From NCBI GenBank assembly GCA_044374195.1, contig JBILOY010000007.1, forward strand, positions 11,864-75,863: a DNA stretch of 64,000 bases, in the 5' to 3' direction. The translations under genes and the position numbers were made by a program. Origin of the DNA: Candidatus Nanopelagicales bacterium (lineage in GTDB: Bacteria; Actinomycetota; Actinomycetes; S36-B12). The notes below the pieces were generated by a model. The model had not been told where the DNA came from. It searched no databases and saw only the letters and a list, made by a program, of their open reading frames with translations. How positions within the stretch are numbered: the stretch's first letter is position 1; every line of letters begins with the position of its first letter. Below are positions 26,673 to 35,140 of this stretch, one piece after another.

Positions 26673-28814
26673 GTGTCGAGAACGGATCTCGCGACTCAAA
26701 AGAGGGTTGGTCTCGCCGCACGTACCTTGCCGGTCGATGCAGCGTTGGGACTCACATACTTAGGCCTTGCATTCGTTCTCTGGGGAAGCGGAATTGCTCC
26801 TCTGGCATCACTTAAGTCTTCCGTGATCATGTACTTGCCGACTCTCATCCTCACTTCACTCACCTGGAGACTGCTCAGGCCAACAGCCCAGGCCCAGCAC
26901 CTTCTAGGTATTGGCATCGGGGCTTCGCTTGCGATGGGAGCCGTCTCAATCTTTTCATGGCTCAGCGGCCTACTGAACTTCTCGCTGCCGATGATGCCGT
27001 GGCTCGCGGCTCTGCTAGTGGCTGCCGTCCTTGCGAGACCAAGAAGTGGATTCAACCTCGACATCAAAACAACCGGCCTTCTCGTTGCCTTTCCCTTGGT
27101 CACTCTGATCGGAATTGCCCCAATGTGGGCGTCTATTCCAGCTACTTTGGCTGATTCGAGCATTTATCCGGATTGGACATTCCATCAGGTGATTGGCAAT
27201 GCCGCTCAAATCGGATATCGGGACAATCCACTATTCGCCGGCAACGACTTTGGATATCACTGGCTCGGCGACTCATTCGGAGTAGCGATTGAACGCGCGA
27301 GTGGCCTCGACCTACTTCAAGGTATCAGTCGCGCCCTCTACGTGCAGGCCGTCTTGGGCGCGGCTGCCGCTGCACTTTCAATTGGATGGGCGATCTCTGG
27401 ACGCGCCGTTGGAGCAGCATTTGGCGGAATCTCGCTTGCGTTTGGGTGCTGGGCCTTCTTCCCGACAGACTCAATCTTTTTACCGATGTCTACTGAACCT
27501 TCGCCGAGTTACGCCGCATCAATCCCAATCGCACTGTGCTTGATCGCACTTGCTACTGGTCGTGAATGGCCTCATGTCCCCCAAGTTTCAATCTTGTTGG
27601 CGCTAAGTACCTTTTTGGTGGTTGCTCGCGTGACCACCGCGGCCGTTGTATTCGGTGCTCTTCTAATCGCTACCCTCGCCACAGACATTCCTTGTAGGCG
27701 TAAGTGGATTAACCTAGGAGTTGTTGCCGCAGGAGCAATCGTCGGACTCGCTCTTGTCGGTTCTGGTCCTAGCCAGTCCCTTGCAATTGACCCGAACCTG
27801 GAGACGATTCGACTTCTGGGCCTATTCCCTTATACCGGTCCAGGAAGCGTGCCTCTGGGAGTATTGGCCCTAATTAGTATCGGTGTCGCAGTGTTAGCCC
27901 TGGGCATCACGTTCGCGAGAGCCCAAAACGAACATTCAACTCTGCTGTTTCTCGGAGGTGCTGCGCCCATTATGGGGATCGCGGCGAGTTGCCTGACGAT
28001 TCAAGCGGGGAGTAGTCAGATCACATTCTTCTGGGCCGGGCTTGCCATCGCCTCAGTGGTGATGGGGCCCTTGGCTCTGGCGTCTATTGGTGCACGCGGA
28101 AATGCCCGCGGAATTGCCGTGGTTCTACTCGCTGGTCTCGTAATTGCATCACTGCTCAAAGCCTGCTTTTGGTTGACGACACATTTTGGGTTTGCAGGAT
28201 TCGGGCGCTGGGCCATGGCTATTGGTATATCAGCGGTTATATCCGTTTGCAGCCTCGGCTTGTTAACATCTTGGCGCCTGGTTCCGAGATCGCGTAGATA
28301 CAATTCTCGTCCGCCACTGGCTTGGTCAGCGTTACTTGCGGCTTTCATCGCATCTGGTATCTGGTTCGGAATCGCGGCCACTGCAGCTCGTCTGAATGAG
28401 CCAAATCTCCTCGGAGAGCCATCAGTCCAAATTGATGCGCGAGAAGTTGAGGCAGGTCGTTGGCTCGCCGAGCAGGCCGATGCAGGAGAAATCGTTGCAA
28501 CTAATCGTCAGTGTCAACGTCCCGGTACCCCCGAGCCGAGTTGTTTCTCGGCGATCTTTAACGTGTCCGCTCTCAGTGGCCTCATCATCGACATCGAAGG
28601 TGTCCCTTATGCGGTGGGGGAGAGTCCGTCTGAAGAGGCACTTGGTCGTGTCAACGACGGCGCGCTCGCGGCCCAGGGGGATGCCGCTGCATTAGATCGC
28701 CTGTCTGATCGTGGAGTCACTTGGCTCTGGGTGGATCATCGTGCAACTCCCAAGAGTCCCAACAATGCGGCGTATACAAATGGCCTCGTTTCGTTAGTCC
28801 GTGTTGCCAAGTGA
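26673..28814 (+). CDS. large polytopic integral membrane protein with C-terminal soluble domain (GT-C-like; paralog of 46511..48697)
   Basis: 713 aa with more than 14 hydrophobic segments. It shares a YHWL loop motif and the C-terminal domain pattern (W..E.A....IVATN ... GVTWLWVD) with 46511..48697 (IRYHWL; IIATN ... GASWVWVA). Confidence 0.7.
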   Translation: MSRTDLATQKRVGLAARTLPVDAALGLTYLGLAFVLWGSGIAPLASLKSSVIMYLPTLILTSLTWRLLRPTAQAQHLLGIGIGASLAMGAVSIFSWLSGLLNFSLPMMPWLAALLVAAVLARPRSGFNLDIKTTGLLVAFPLVTLIGIAPMWASIPATLADSSIYPDWTFHQVIGNAAQIGYRDNPLFAGNDFGYHWLGDSFGVAIERASGLDLLQGISRALYVQAVLGAAAAALSIGWAISGRAVGAAFGGISLAFGCWAFFPTDSIFLPMSTEPSPSYAASIPIALCLIALATGREWPHVPQVSILLALSTFLVVARVTTAAVVFGALLIATLATDIPCRRKWINLGVVAAGAIVGLALVGSGPSQSLAIDPNLETIRLLGLFPYTGPGSVPLGVLALISIGVAVLALGITFARAQNEHSTLLFLGGAAPIMGIAASCLTIQAGSSQITFFWAGLAIASVVMGPLALASIGARGNARGIAVVLLAGLVIASLLKACFWLTTHFGFAGFGRWAMAIGISAVISVCSLGLLTSWRLVPRSRRYNSRPPLAWSALLAAFIASGIWFGIAATAARLNEPNLLGEPSVQIDAREVEAGRWLAEQADAGEIVATNRQCQRPGTPEPSCFSAIFNVSALSGLIIDIEGVPYAVGESPSEEALGRVNDGALAAQGDAAALDRLSDRGVTWLWVDHRATPKSPNNAAYTNGLVSLVRVAK

Positions 28815-30464
28815 AATCAGACGCGCATCCGTAATGGCATAGTCAAGGCGCAATTCATCTTGCAAGATTCTTCTCGCCTTCTCAGGTAACGATCCGGATC
28901 GCTCAATGACGAGTAGGTCATAGGGCGCGTCATCACGTCTGAAAGTTCCGAGGTATTCGTAGGCTGACCAGCGAGAATCGCTCGCCCATTCTGAGTAGTC
29001 ACCGAGCACTCCGTGACCATCACGATAGAGGGAACCATCGTGAGACACAGGCACGAGAAACACGTCAGGGGCGACATTAAAGACGTAGTCTGTTGCATCC
29101 TTGAGGGAAGTCGTGCGAGCAAGCACGCTGTCATTTAGGCCTACGAGGTCCAGCCATGGCAGTCTTGACTTGTAAGGCACTAGGCCTGCATCACCGTAGG
29201 CAACTTTCGCAGTCACATTATTGGCCGCTTGCTCAAATGCATTCGCGAGCTTTAGCTGCTGATTGTCGTCAATTTGTGCTGCCATTGAGTTGGAGGCGCC
29301 ACGAAGGAAGCCCGGGCTCAGAGCCGTTGTCAGGGTTCCAAGCGGCACCGCGGCCAGCAAGCTCAGGCCCACCACAAGAGTGAGCCAAGCTATCGGAGTG
29401 CTCCAGCCGCGAGGGCGCATCATCGTTTGGACCGCTAATCCAACGCTAGGCGCTCCGATCAAGAATAGAAAAGGAAGGGCTGGAAATGCGAATCGACCAG
29501 CGATGTCGGTAATCGTGTCAGTCCGAAGAATGAAGACCAGATACAACACAACCATCGCGCAGCTGGTGACCAGCAAAGTAGTCGCACGTTTTTGATCGGA
29601 TGCCTGCGAGGCCAGGCCAGATGATCGCCAACATGCCACTGTTGCTAGCGCTGCTAGTCCGGCGACCGCGAAGACTGAAATGAATGCCACGACGCTGCCC
29701 GCGCCGGAGGAGGTGACCAGAGCAGACGTTGACTTTAGGTAATACGGATTGGGAAGTAAACTATCGAAGGTGTAAGAACGCCATGCCAAGTGCATGAGTA
29801 TCAAACTCGCGAAGCCTGCCAATCCCCAGACTGCTACCCACCGAGTTGGCTTAACAGTTTTCCAAGACACCGCTAGTCCAACCGCTATAACCAAGAAAAT
29901 GAGCGCTCCCTCAGGCCGCGTAAGATAGGCACAAAAGCTAAGGAGTGCGAAAGAAGTGGGTAGCGCAAGGCCTCCGCGGTGAATCATTTGAACACCCGTG
30001 AGAACTGCGGCAACGAGCAAGGCAGTAAAGAGAATCGTTTCCATGCCACTTAGGACCAAGAGTTGAGCCGCAGGGACGATCGAGAAACAGAGACCCACCG
30101 CCAAAGCGCCAGCCCCAGTGACACCCAACCAGCGTCGCGCACTCCAGCTCAGGAGCACGCAAGTGGAAATTAGCGCTACTAGACCCAAAACTCTGCTTAC
30201 CATGAGTGGGTCGAGGCCAAGAGCCGAACTAGGGGTCAAGGCAAGCACGAGCAGCAGATTCGTGAAGCCTTCAGTTGGAGTTTCGCCAGGGTTCCAAGTT
30301 AGACCCATACCAGTGCCAAGGTTCTGCGCGTATCTGAACGAGATGTACGCATCGTCGTATAACTCGTTCCATGCCGTCACCACCGACCAGAGTGTCGCCG
30401 GTATCGCGAGTACAACCCATGCAAGGATTACCTTCACCCAGGACCGCTCTGGCATTATTCGCAT
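28794..30464 (-). CDS. polytopic membrane glycosyltransferase candidate (GT-C-like)
   Basis: 556 aa. The first-loop acidic motif NELYDDAYISFRYAQNLGTGMGLTWNPGE is typical of GT-C catalytic loops. It has about 11 hydrophobic segments and a soluble tail of about 190 aa. There is a 21-nt 3' overlap with the convergent gene. Confidence 0.7.
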   Translation of the reverse strand: MRIMPERSWVKVILAWVVLAIPATLWSVVTAWNELYDDAYISFRYAQNLGTGMGLTWNPGETPTEGFTNLLLVLALTPSSALGLDPLMVSRVLGLVALISTCVLLSWSARRWLGVTGAGALAVGLCFSIVPAAQLLVLSGMETILFTALLVAAVLTGVQMIHRGGLALPTSFALLSFCAYLTRPEGALIFLVIAVGLAVSWKTVKPTRWVAVWGLAGFASLILMHLAWRSYTFDSLLPNPYYLKSTSALVTSSGAGSVVAFISVFAVAGLAALATVACWRSSGLASQASDQKRATTLLVTSCAMVVLYLVFILRTDTITDIAGRFAFPALPFLFLIGAPSVGLAVQTMMRPRGWSTPIAWLTLVVGLSLLAAVPLGTLTTALSPGFLRGASNSMAAQIDDNQQLKLANAFEQAANNVTAKVAYGDAGLVPYKSRLPWLDLVGLNDSVLARTTSLKDATDYVFNVAPDVFLVPVSHDGSLYRDGHGVLGDYSEWASDSRWSAYEYLGTFRRDDAPYDLLVIERSGSLPEKARRILQDELRLDYAITDARLISLGNTD

Positions 30465-30470
30465 GAACTA

Positions 30471-30476
30471 AATGTA
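30471..30476 (-). promoter_or_regulatory. -10-like hexamer TACATT (minus strand) 6 nt upstream of ATG 30464 (possible leaderless transcript)
   Basis: The minus strand reads ...gTACATTtagttcATG. It fits the TAnnnT pattern at the right spacing for a TSS at the start codon. The divergent gap is only 21 nt. Confidence 0.2.
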
Positions 30477-30485
30477 CAGCGGCGA

Positions 30486-32111
30486 TTGCGCTGCTTAGGG
30501 ATCATGGAAGCAGGGATGTCGATCGAAACCGAGTTGCAGCGGGTTTTCCCTGTCAACTTCACTCCAAGGACATTTTTCGCCTCCGTTTTCCCCTACGTAT
30601 TGGCGCTGATTATCGCTCTCTGTCAATTCATTTTCGGATTGAAGAGCGGCTTCATCCCGGCCAATAACGACGTCCTAGGTGTCATCGCGTTGGCGGACGG
30701 TGTCAATCTTTCACAGCTATCAAGCCTCTACAACATGTTTTACCCATTTCTTTACCCCCTCCTCGTCCACGGACTGCCGGACGGAGATCGAGTCGCATGG
30801 CTCGGGTTGGGATCTTGGGTTCTCAATTCCGTCTCGCTGGTTCTTATTGCAGCCATCGCTAAGCGGCTCACCGGGTCAATGGTGGCGTCTTCCGTTGCGG
30901 TTCTGATTCTCGGCTTCCTACCGATGTGCTTTCGGTATTTCACCACTGCCGGCCCGGACTCGCTAGCCGCGACACTTCTTCTCGCATCACTTGCCTTCAC
31001 CGTGTTACCGCGCTCAGTCACACGAAGTGAAGGGCACCGCATACGACCGAGCCTTGCTATTGCGGCCGGCATTTGCGCGGGACTCGCGGTCACAACTCGT
31101 CAGCACGTACTTCCCCTCGCGCTTGGGGTGCTTGTCTTGCTCACCTGGAACAATCGGACACGAGTTGCTATCTCGGCCGCAGTGGCATTCGTACTGCCAG
31201 TGGCGATTCAGGCTTTGATCTCCGTCTCCGCTGGACGCCCACCATTGACATCTTCTGCGGCCTTTGAGATTTTCCGACAAGTAGCCCCATTCGATTGGTA
31301 CACGAGTGGTCAGATCAATCCTGCTAGTTATTCCTCCATTCTGACGACCTTACTGACCCATCAAGCTCAGTTCTTCAACGAATGGACCACGCACCTAGGG
31401 GGCTTCGTCCTGGCTCTCACCACCCTGGGCGTCGCCGCAGTCGTGAGCCGTTCAAGATTGGAGACCCGGGTACAACGCACGATGTTTTGCGCGGGCACGA
31501 TTTACGTTCTTTTCGTCTCGCTCGGTTGGTCAGCGCGCAGCGATCTCGCACTTGCTCCATTCCTCGCGCTTGCAGGCGCGTCGATCACCGCGGCAGCGTT
31601 GAGTCTCGTCCCACCACCTCAACGCAGTTTTGCCAGCATCATCGCCTTGACCATCGCAATGATCGTGGCGCTGAGCACTACTCTCCCGCAAGGAATGCTG
31701 GAACTATACGGGCGTATTGGCCAAGAGAAATCTCGCGCAGCCTTAGAGGCATCGCTTCGGATTAACGCACCAGTTGATCGCGCAATCCAAGTTGTGACCG
31801 ATGACTATGAGCTCTTCTTCCGGAGCATTCCCGGAAACGTTCCTTACACTCCCGGCGGCTGGTTGGCTGTCGGGGCAAATGGTCATGAAAGGCGTGCCCA
31901 GTTGGATCTGCGTTCTGTGGAATCCTTCGTTTGCTCCGCAGATCGGTTAGGACTTAGCTCATCCGTGTGGCTTGGCGGGAGAGTTCCCCATGTACCGGTG
32001 GCGATTGAACAGATGCTCCAAGACGGGATGAGGCCATTTACGGATCTACAGACCACCGTGCGTTCGCTGAACGCAGCGAGAGCAGGCACTAGATGTGCCG
32101 CAGGCGCTTGA
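30486..32111 (+). CDS. polytopic membrane glycosyltransferase candidate (ArnT/PMT_2-like GT-C)
   Basis: 541 aa. The start is TTG 30486, with alternatives at ATG 30504 and 30516. There are about 12 hydrophobic segments and a soluble tail of about 130 aa. Confidence 0.6.
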   Translation: MRCLGIMEAGMSIETELQRVFPVNFTPRTFFASVFPYVLALIIALCQFIFGLKSGFIPANNDVLGVIALADGVNLSQLSSLYNMFYPFLYPLLVHGLPDGDRVAWLGLGSWVLNSVSLVLIAAIAKRLTGSMVASSVAVLILGFLPMCFRYFTTAGPDSLAATLLLASLAFTVLPRSVTRSEGHRIRPSLAIAAGICAGLAVTTRQHVLPLALGVLVLLTWNNRTRVAISAAVAFVLPVAIQALISVSAGRPPLTSSAAFEIFRQVAPFDWYTSGQINPASYSSILTTLLTHQAQFFNEWTTHLGGFVLALTTLGVAAVVSRSRLETRVQRTMFCAGTIYVLFVSLGWSARSDLALAPFLALAGASITAAALSLVPPPQRSFASIIALTIAMIVALSTTLPQGMLELYGRIGQEKSRAALEASLRINAPVDRAIQVVTDDYELFFRSIPGNVPYTPGGWLAVGANGHERRAQLDLRSVESFVCSADRLGLSSSVWLGGRVPHVPVAIEQMLQDGMRPFTDLQTTVRSLNAARAGTRCAAGA

Positions 32112-32119
32112 ACCGCTAA

Positions 32120-33367
32120 TCAGTTCATAATGAAGGTTGGTTGGATGCTGGACCCAACGACTAGCAGGTAATAAAGACCGACAAGGGCGTGCGGGGCCAA
32201 GATTACAAATCCAGCGACTCCCCAGACCCGAGTTAATGGACTCTGTGCCAGACGGCTGAGTCCAATGCACGCAACGAAGAAACCGCAGAGAACCGCGGGA
32301 ACGGCAGACCAGGTCCAGTTTCCATCAAGGACTACCGCACCAAGCTTGTCGCGCTCACCAATTAATGCGTACAGAATGACAGCAAGCGCTATGGATGCCC
32401 AAGCCAAACTCAATGCGAGGGCTTCGACCCGGTGTATTAGCAGCACTATCGTCACGATCGCTAAACAGAAAAGCGATGCCACTACGGAAGCCACGATGTT
32501 TGGTGAGTAGCGTTGCCAGACTTCGAAGGGAGCAAGAACCGGCTCTTTGGAAGGGAATGCGGAGCTTGGATTGGCGAACGTCACGACAAACTGCACCGAA
32601 ATGACGGCTACCGTCGGCAACAGCATCAGGGAAAATGCCGCCCAGGTTTTAAGTGATGCGCGCAATTTTAGGAGTGTTATCCCGCCAACAAATAGGACCG
32701 CCGGAAGAAAGACGAGAGCAAAACTCGGCTTGAAGGTGGTCGTTAGAGCAAGAAACACTGCACCACTAATCGCTGCATACCGAGTTGGGTGTTTGAGAAA
32801 AAATAGGAACGCCGTGAACGCTGGAATGACGAATGCCGAAGCCACGATTGTGGTGGAGTTGTGCCAAACATTCGCGTTTAACTGTCCGAGATAAATATCC
32901 TTCCAGTTCGACCCGCTGGGCAGCGCCATGCTCACCATTGCGAATGCGGTGACGAGCCAAGCGAAGCCCCACGAACGCACAAGCAATGCAGCGCTGAGCA
33001 GAATTCCGACGGACTTCAATCCAATAAATGCTGCTAGCAACAGGGTAACCCCGACCCTAGTCGTTAGTTCATTCGCCTCACCTAATGTCGCGAAATGGCT
33101 TAGTGGGAAAAAGAGTGAATATGAGATCCATTGGCCGCTTGAGATCAATCCGTTTGCGATCTGGGTGTGCTGAAAGATATCTGACTGCGCTAATGGCGAG
33201 GCCATTCGCCAGAGAGTGGGTAGGCAAGCAAGGCCGTACAAGATAAACGATGCTGCCACGATGGTCTTCGCATGACTAGAGTTCGGGAGAAGCGCCTTTA
33301 CTCGCCTACATGCTCGAAGTGAGGCCGATTCGTGGGCCATCAGTTGCCCATCACTCTTTGTGTTCAT
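32120..33367 (-). CDS. polytopic integral membrane protein (polymerase/ligase-like candidate)
   Basis: The track ORF runs to 33631, but its first ~90 codons are hydrophilic and low-complexity with no support. I trimmed it to ATG 33367, with ATG 33340 as an alternative. The rest is about 11 hydrophobic segments. Confidence 0.55.
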   Translation of the reverse strand: MNTKSDGQLMAHESASLRACRRVKALLPNSSHAKTIVAASFILYGLACLPTLWRMASPLAQSDIFQHTQIANGLISSGQWISYSLFFPLSHFATLGEANELTTRVGVTLLLAAFIGLKSVGILLSAALLVRSWGFAWLVTAFAMVSMALPSGSNWKDIYLGQLNANVWHNSTTIVASAFVIPAFTAFLFFLKHPTRYAAISGAVFLALTTTFKPSFALVFLPAVLFVGGITLLKLRASLKTWAAFSLMLLPTVAVISVQFVVTFANPSSAFPSKEPVLAPFEVWQRYSPNIVASVVASLFCLAIVTIVLLIHRVEALALSLAWASIALAVILYALIGERDKLGAVVLDGNWTWSAVPAVLCGFFVACIGLSRLAQSPLTRVWGVAGFVILAPHALVGLYYLLVVGSSIQPTFIMN

Positions 33368-33441
33368 CGACCCGGAACCGTGCTGCGTGAGTGGGAGGAA
33401 GGAAGGCATCCTGGGTTCAAGCTCATGCTTCCTAGTATCAG

Positions 33442-33463
33442 GCATCCGTACGCAGAAGGATGC
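33442..33463. other. hairpin GCATCC-N10-GGATGC, plus an upstream direct copy of AGGCATCC
   Basis: AGGCATCC occurs at 33404-33411 and 33440-33447. The inverted copy GGATGC is at 33458-33463. All lie in the divergent spacer 33368-33734. Confidence 0.25.
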
Positions 33464-33679
33464 AAACGGTGTGGCTTGGCGATTCATTGTCTGTGTTCCA
33501 GACAGCGATCGGCCTATTGGCGGTTTAGGCCAAAGACCAAGCACAGGAATCCCGCCGGAATGAGATTTGCCGACAAGACTATGTTTTGGGAACGGCTGCA
33601 GTTCCCTCAAGATGTAGGGCCTCTGGCGCAATATTCGAGTTGACTGGCGTCGGTGTACGACTAGCCGTGATGCGGCAAT

Positions 33680-33698
33680 TACGCTTCAGGAAAGCGTA
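33680..33698 (+). promoter_or_regulatory. 7-bp stem-loop TACGCTT-cagga-AAGCGTA about 40 nt upstream of the flavoenzyme gene
   Basis: Read directly at 33680-33698. Function unknown. It could be a 5'-UTR structure or an operator. Confidence 0.2.
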
Positions 33699-33734
33699 GA
33701 ACTCGCCTCAAAGCGCCAGGGGGTTCTCGATCGG

Positions 33735-35024
33735 GTGGGAGAATTAATGACCGAAGAAGTTGACGTCGTCGTAATCGGCGGTGGACTGGCGGGCCTCGGC
33801 GCCGCCCGCCATCTCACACGTGCGGGGGTAAGTCATCTTGTGCTCGAATCTGAGTCTGAACCCGGAGGCCTGGCCCGATCATTTCGTATCGACGGTTTTG
33901 CATTCGATTGCTCTGGACACCTGTTACACCTGCGCAATGAAGAACTTCGTGGCGAGGTACTCGCTGCCGCTCCTGGAGCATGGCTAGAGATCGAGCGACG
34001 CAGTCACATTTTGCTGGACGGAGCATTGATTCGTTATCCGATGCAGGCGAATCTGGTGGATGCAAGCCAGCGGGTACGGTCTGACTGCCTTGAGGGTCTG
34101 CCAACGAGAGCAGAAGAACGCCCACCATCCAGCTTCGGCGATTGGGTGGAGTCGAACCTTGGTATCGGAATCGCAAAGTGGTTCATGCGGCCCTACAACG
34201 AGAAGCTTTACGGCGTACCGCTCGATGACCTAGCACCTTCTGCTATCGGACGATTCTTGCCAAGAGTGGATCTTGACGACATTCGCAATGGCGCGATTGA
34301 AGCTCCTCTGCCGACGGGCTACAACGCGCAGTTTCTTTATCCGGCGCAGGGCGGAATCGACCTGCTCTACCGCACACTTCTGGCGTCAACTCAAGGCGTA
34401 CGCACAGATGCACGGGTCATTGGTATCGATACCAGCACTCGCAGCGTGCAACTTGCTAACGGTACGAGCATCGGATATCGATTTGGAGTGGTTTGCTCGG
34501 CGCCGCTGCCAGAAACTCTGAGAATGGCGGCATTACCGGAACAACCTGCTTTGCGTGCACGCGCGGTGACCTGCGTAAATCTCGGTTTCCGTCGCATTGC
34601 GCGCAACTTTGAGAAGACTCACTGGATTTATTTGCCAGAGGAGCGGTTCGCGGCTTATCGCATTGGTTTCTACAGTCACCTCTGCCCCGCAGCCGTTCCT
34701 GCTGGTGCGCAATCCGTGTATGTCGAGATCGCTCACTGGGGAGAGCTCTCCGATGAGGATGCCATTGAAAATGCCGTTGCTGACTGCATCGCTCTCGGCT
34801 TGATCGACGGTGCTGACGACGTTGCTGTTTCGCTGGCCGTACCGGTACCCGACGCCTATGTAGTGCTCGATCATGAACATGCACGGGCTCAAGAGCAGGG
34901 CATATCTGCCTTGCGTGAGCTTGATGTGCATCCGGTGGGGCGATATGGGCGTTGGGAATACGGGTCTATGGAAGAGGCCGTCCTTCAGGGCCGCGATGCA
35001 GCGATCGCCATTCTTGCCCGGTGA
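33735..35024 (+). CDS. FAD-dependent UDP-galactopyranose-mutase-like flavoenzyme (amine-oxidase fold)
   Basis: 429 aa. The likely true start is ATG 33747, preceded by GGGAGA. The dinucleotide motif is VDVVVIGGGLAGLGAA. GGLARSFRIDGFAFDCSGHLLH, PYNEKLYGVPLDDL and GRYGRWEYGSMEEAVLQG parallel remembered eukaryote-type UGM motifs. Confidence 0.6.
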   Translation: MGELMTEEVDVVVIGGGLAGLGAARHLTRAGVSHLVLESESEPGGLARSFRIDGFAFDCSGHLLHLRNEELRGEVLAAAPGAWLEIERRSHILLDGALIRYPMQANLVDASQRVRSDCLEGLPTRAEERPPSSFGDWVESNLGIGIAKWFMRPYNEKLYGVPLDDLAPSAIGRFLPRVDLDDIRNGAIEAPLPTGYNAQFLYPAQGGIDLLYRTLLASTQGVRTDARVIGIDTSTRSVQLANGTSIGYRFGVVCSAPLPETLRMAALPEQPALRARAVTCVNLGFRRIARNFEKTHWIYLPEERFAAYRIGFYSHLCPAAVPAGAQSVYVEIAHWGELSDEDAIENAVADCIALGLIDGADDVAVSLAVPVPDAYVVLDHEHARAQEQGISALRELDVHPVGRYGRWEYGSMEEAVLQGRDAAIAILAR

Positions 35025-35100
35025 TGGCTAGTCAATACTCATTGATCCCGTTGCGCTCTAAAGCTCCATGGTTCGCAGATAGTTCACTGTAAACCTCGAA

Positions 35101-35118
35101 GGCGAAAGGCAATTCGCC
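35101..35118. terminator. weak hairpin GGCGAA-aggcaa-TTCGCC between convergent genes
   Basis: Read directly. The stem is 6 bp and neither strand has a U-tract. It lies in the 116-nt convergent spacer 35025-35140. Confidence 0.2.
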
Positions 35119-35140
35119 AAGTGCAAGCACTTAATCGGAG

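Noticed and set aside
18780-35140. Genomic island delivered by a mobile element (integrase, transposase, tRNA attachment site, flanking direct repeats)
   Set aside because: I looked through all six-frame ORFs and the island edges. I found no integrase, transposase or recombinase motifs, no tRNA-like sequence and no obvious terminal repeats. The region is reported only as a compositional island.
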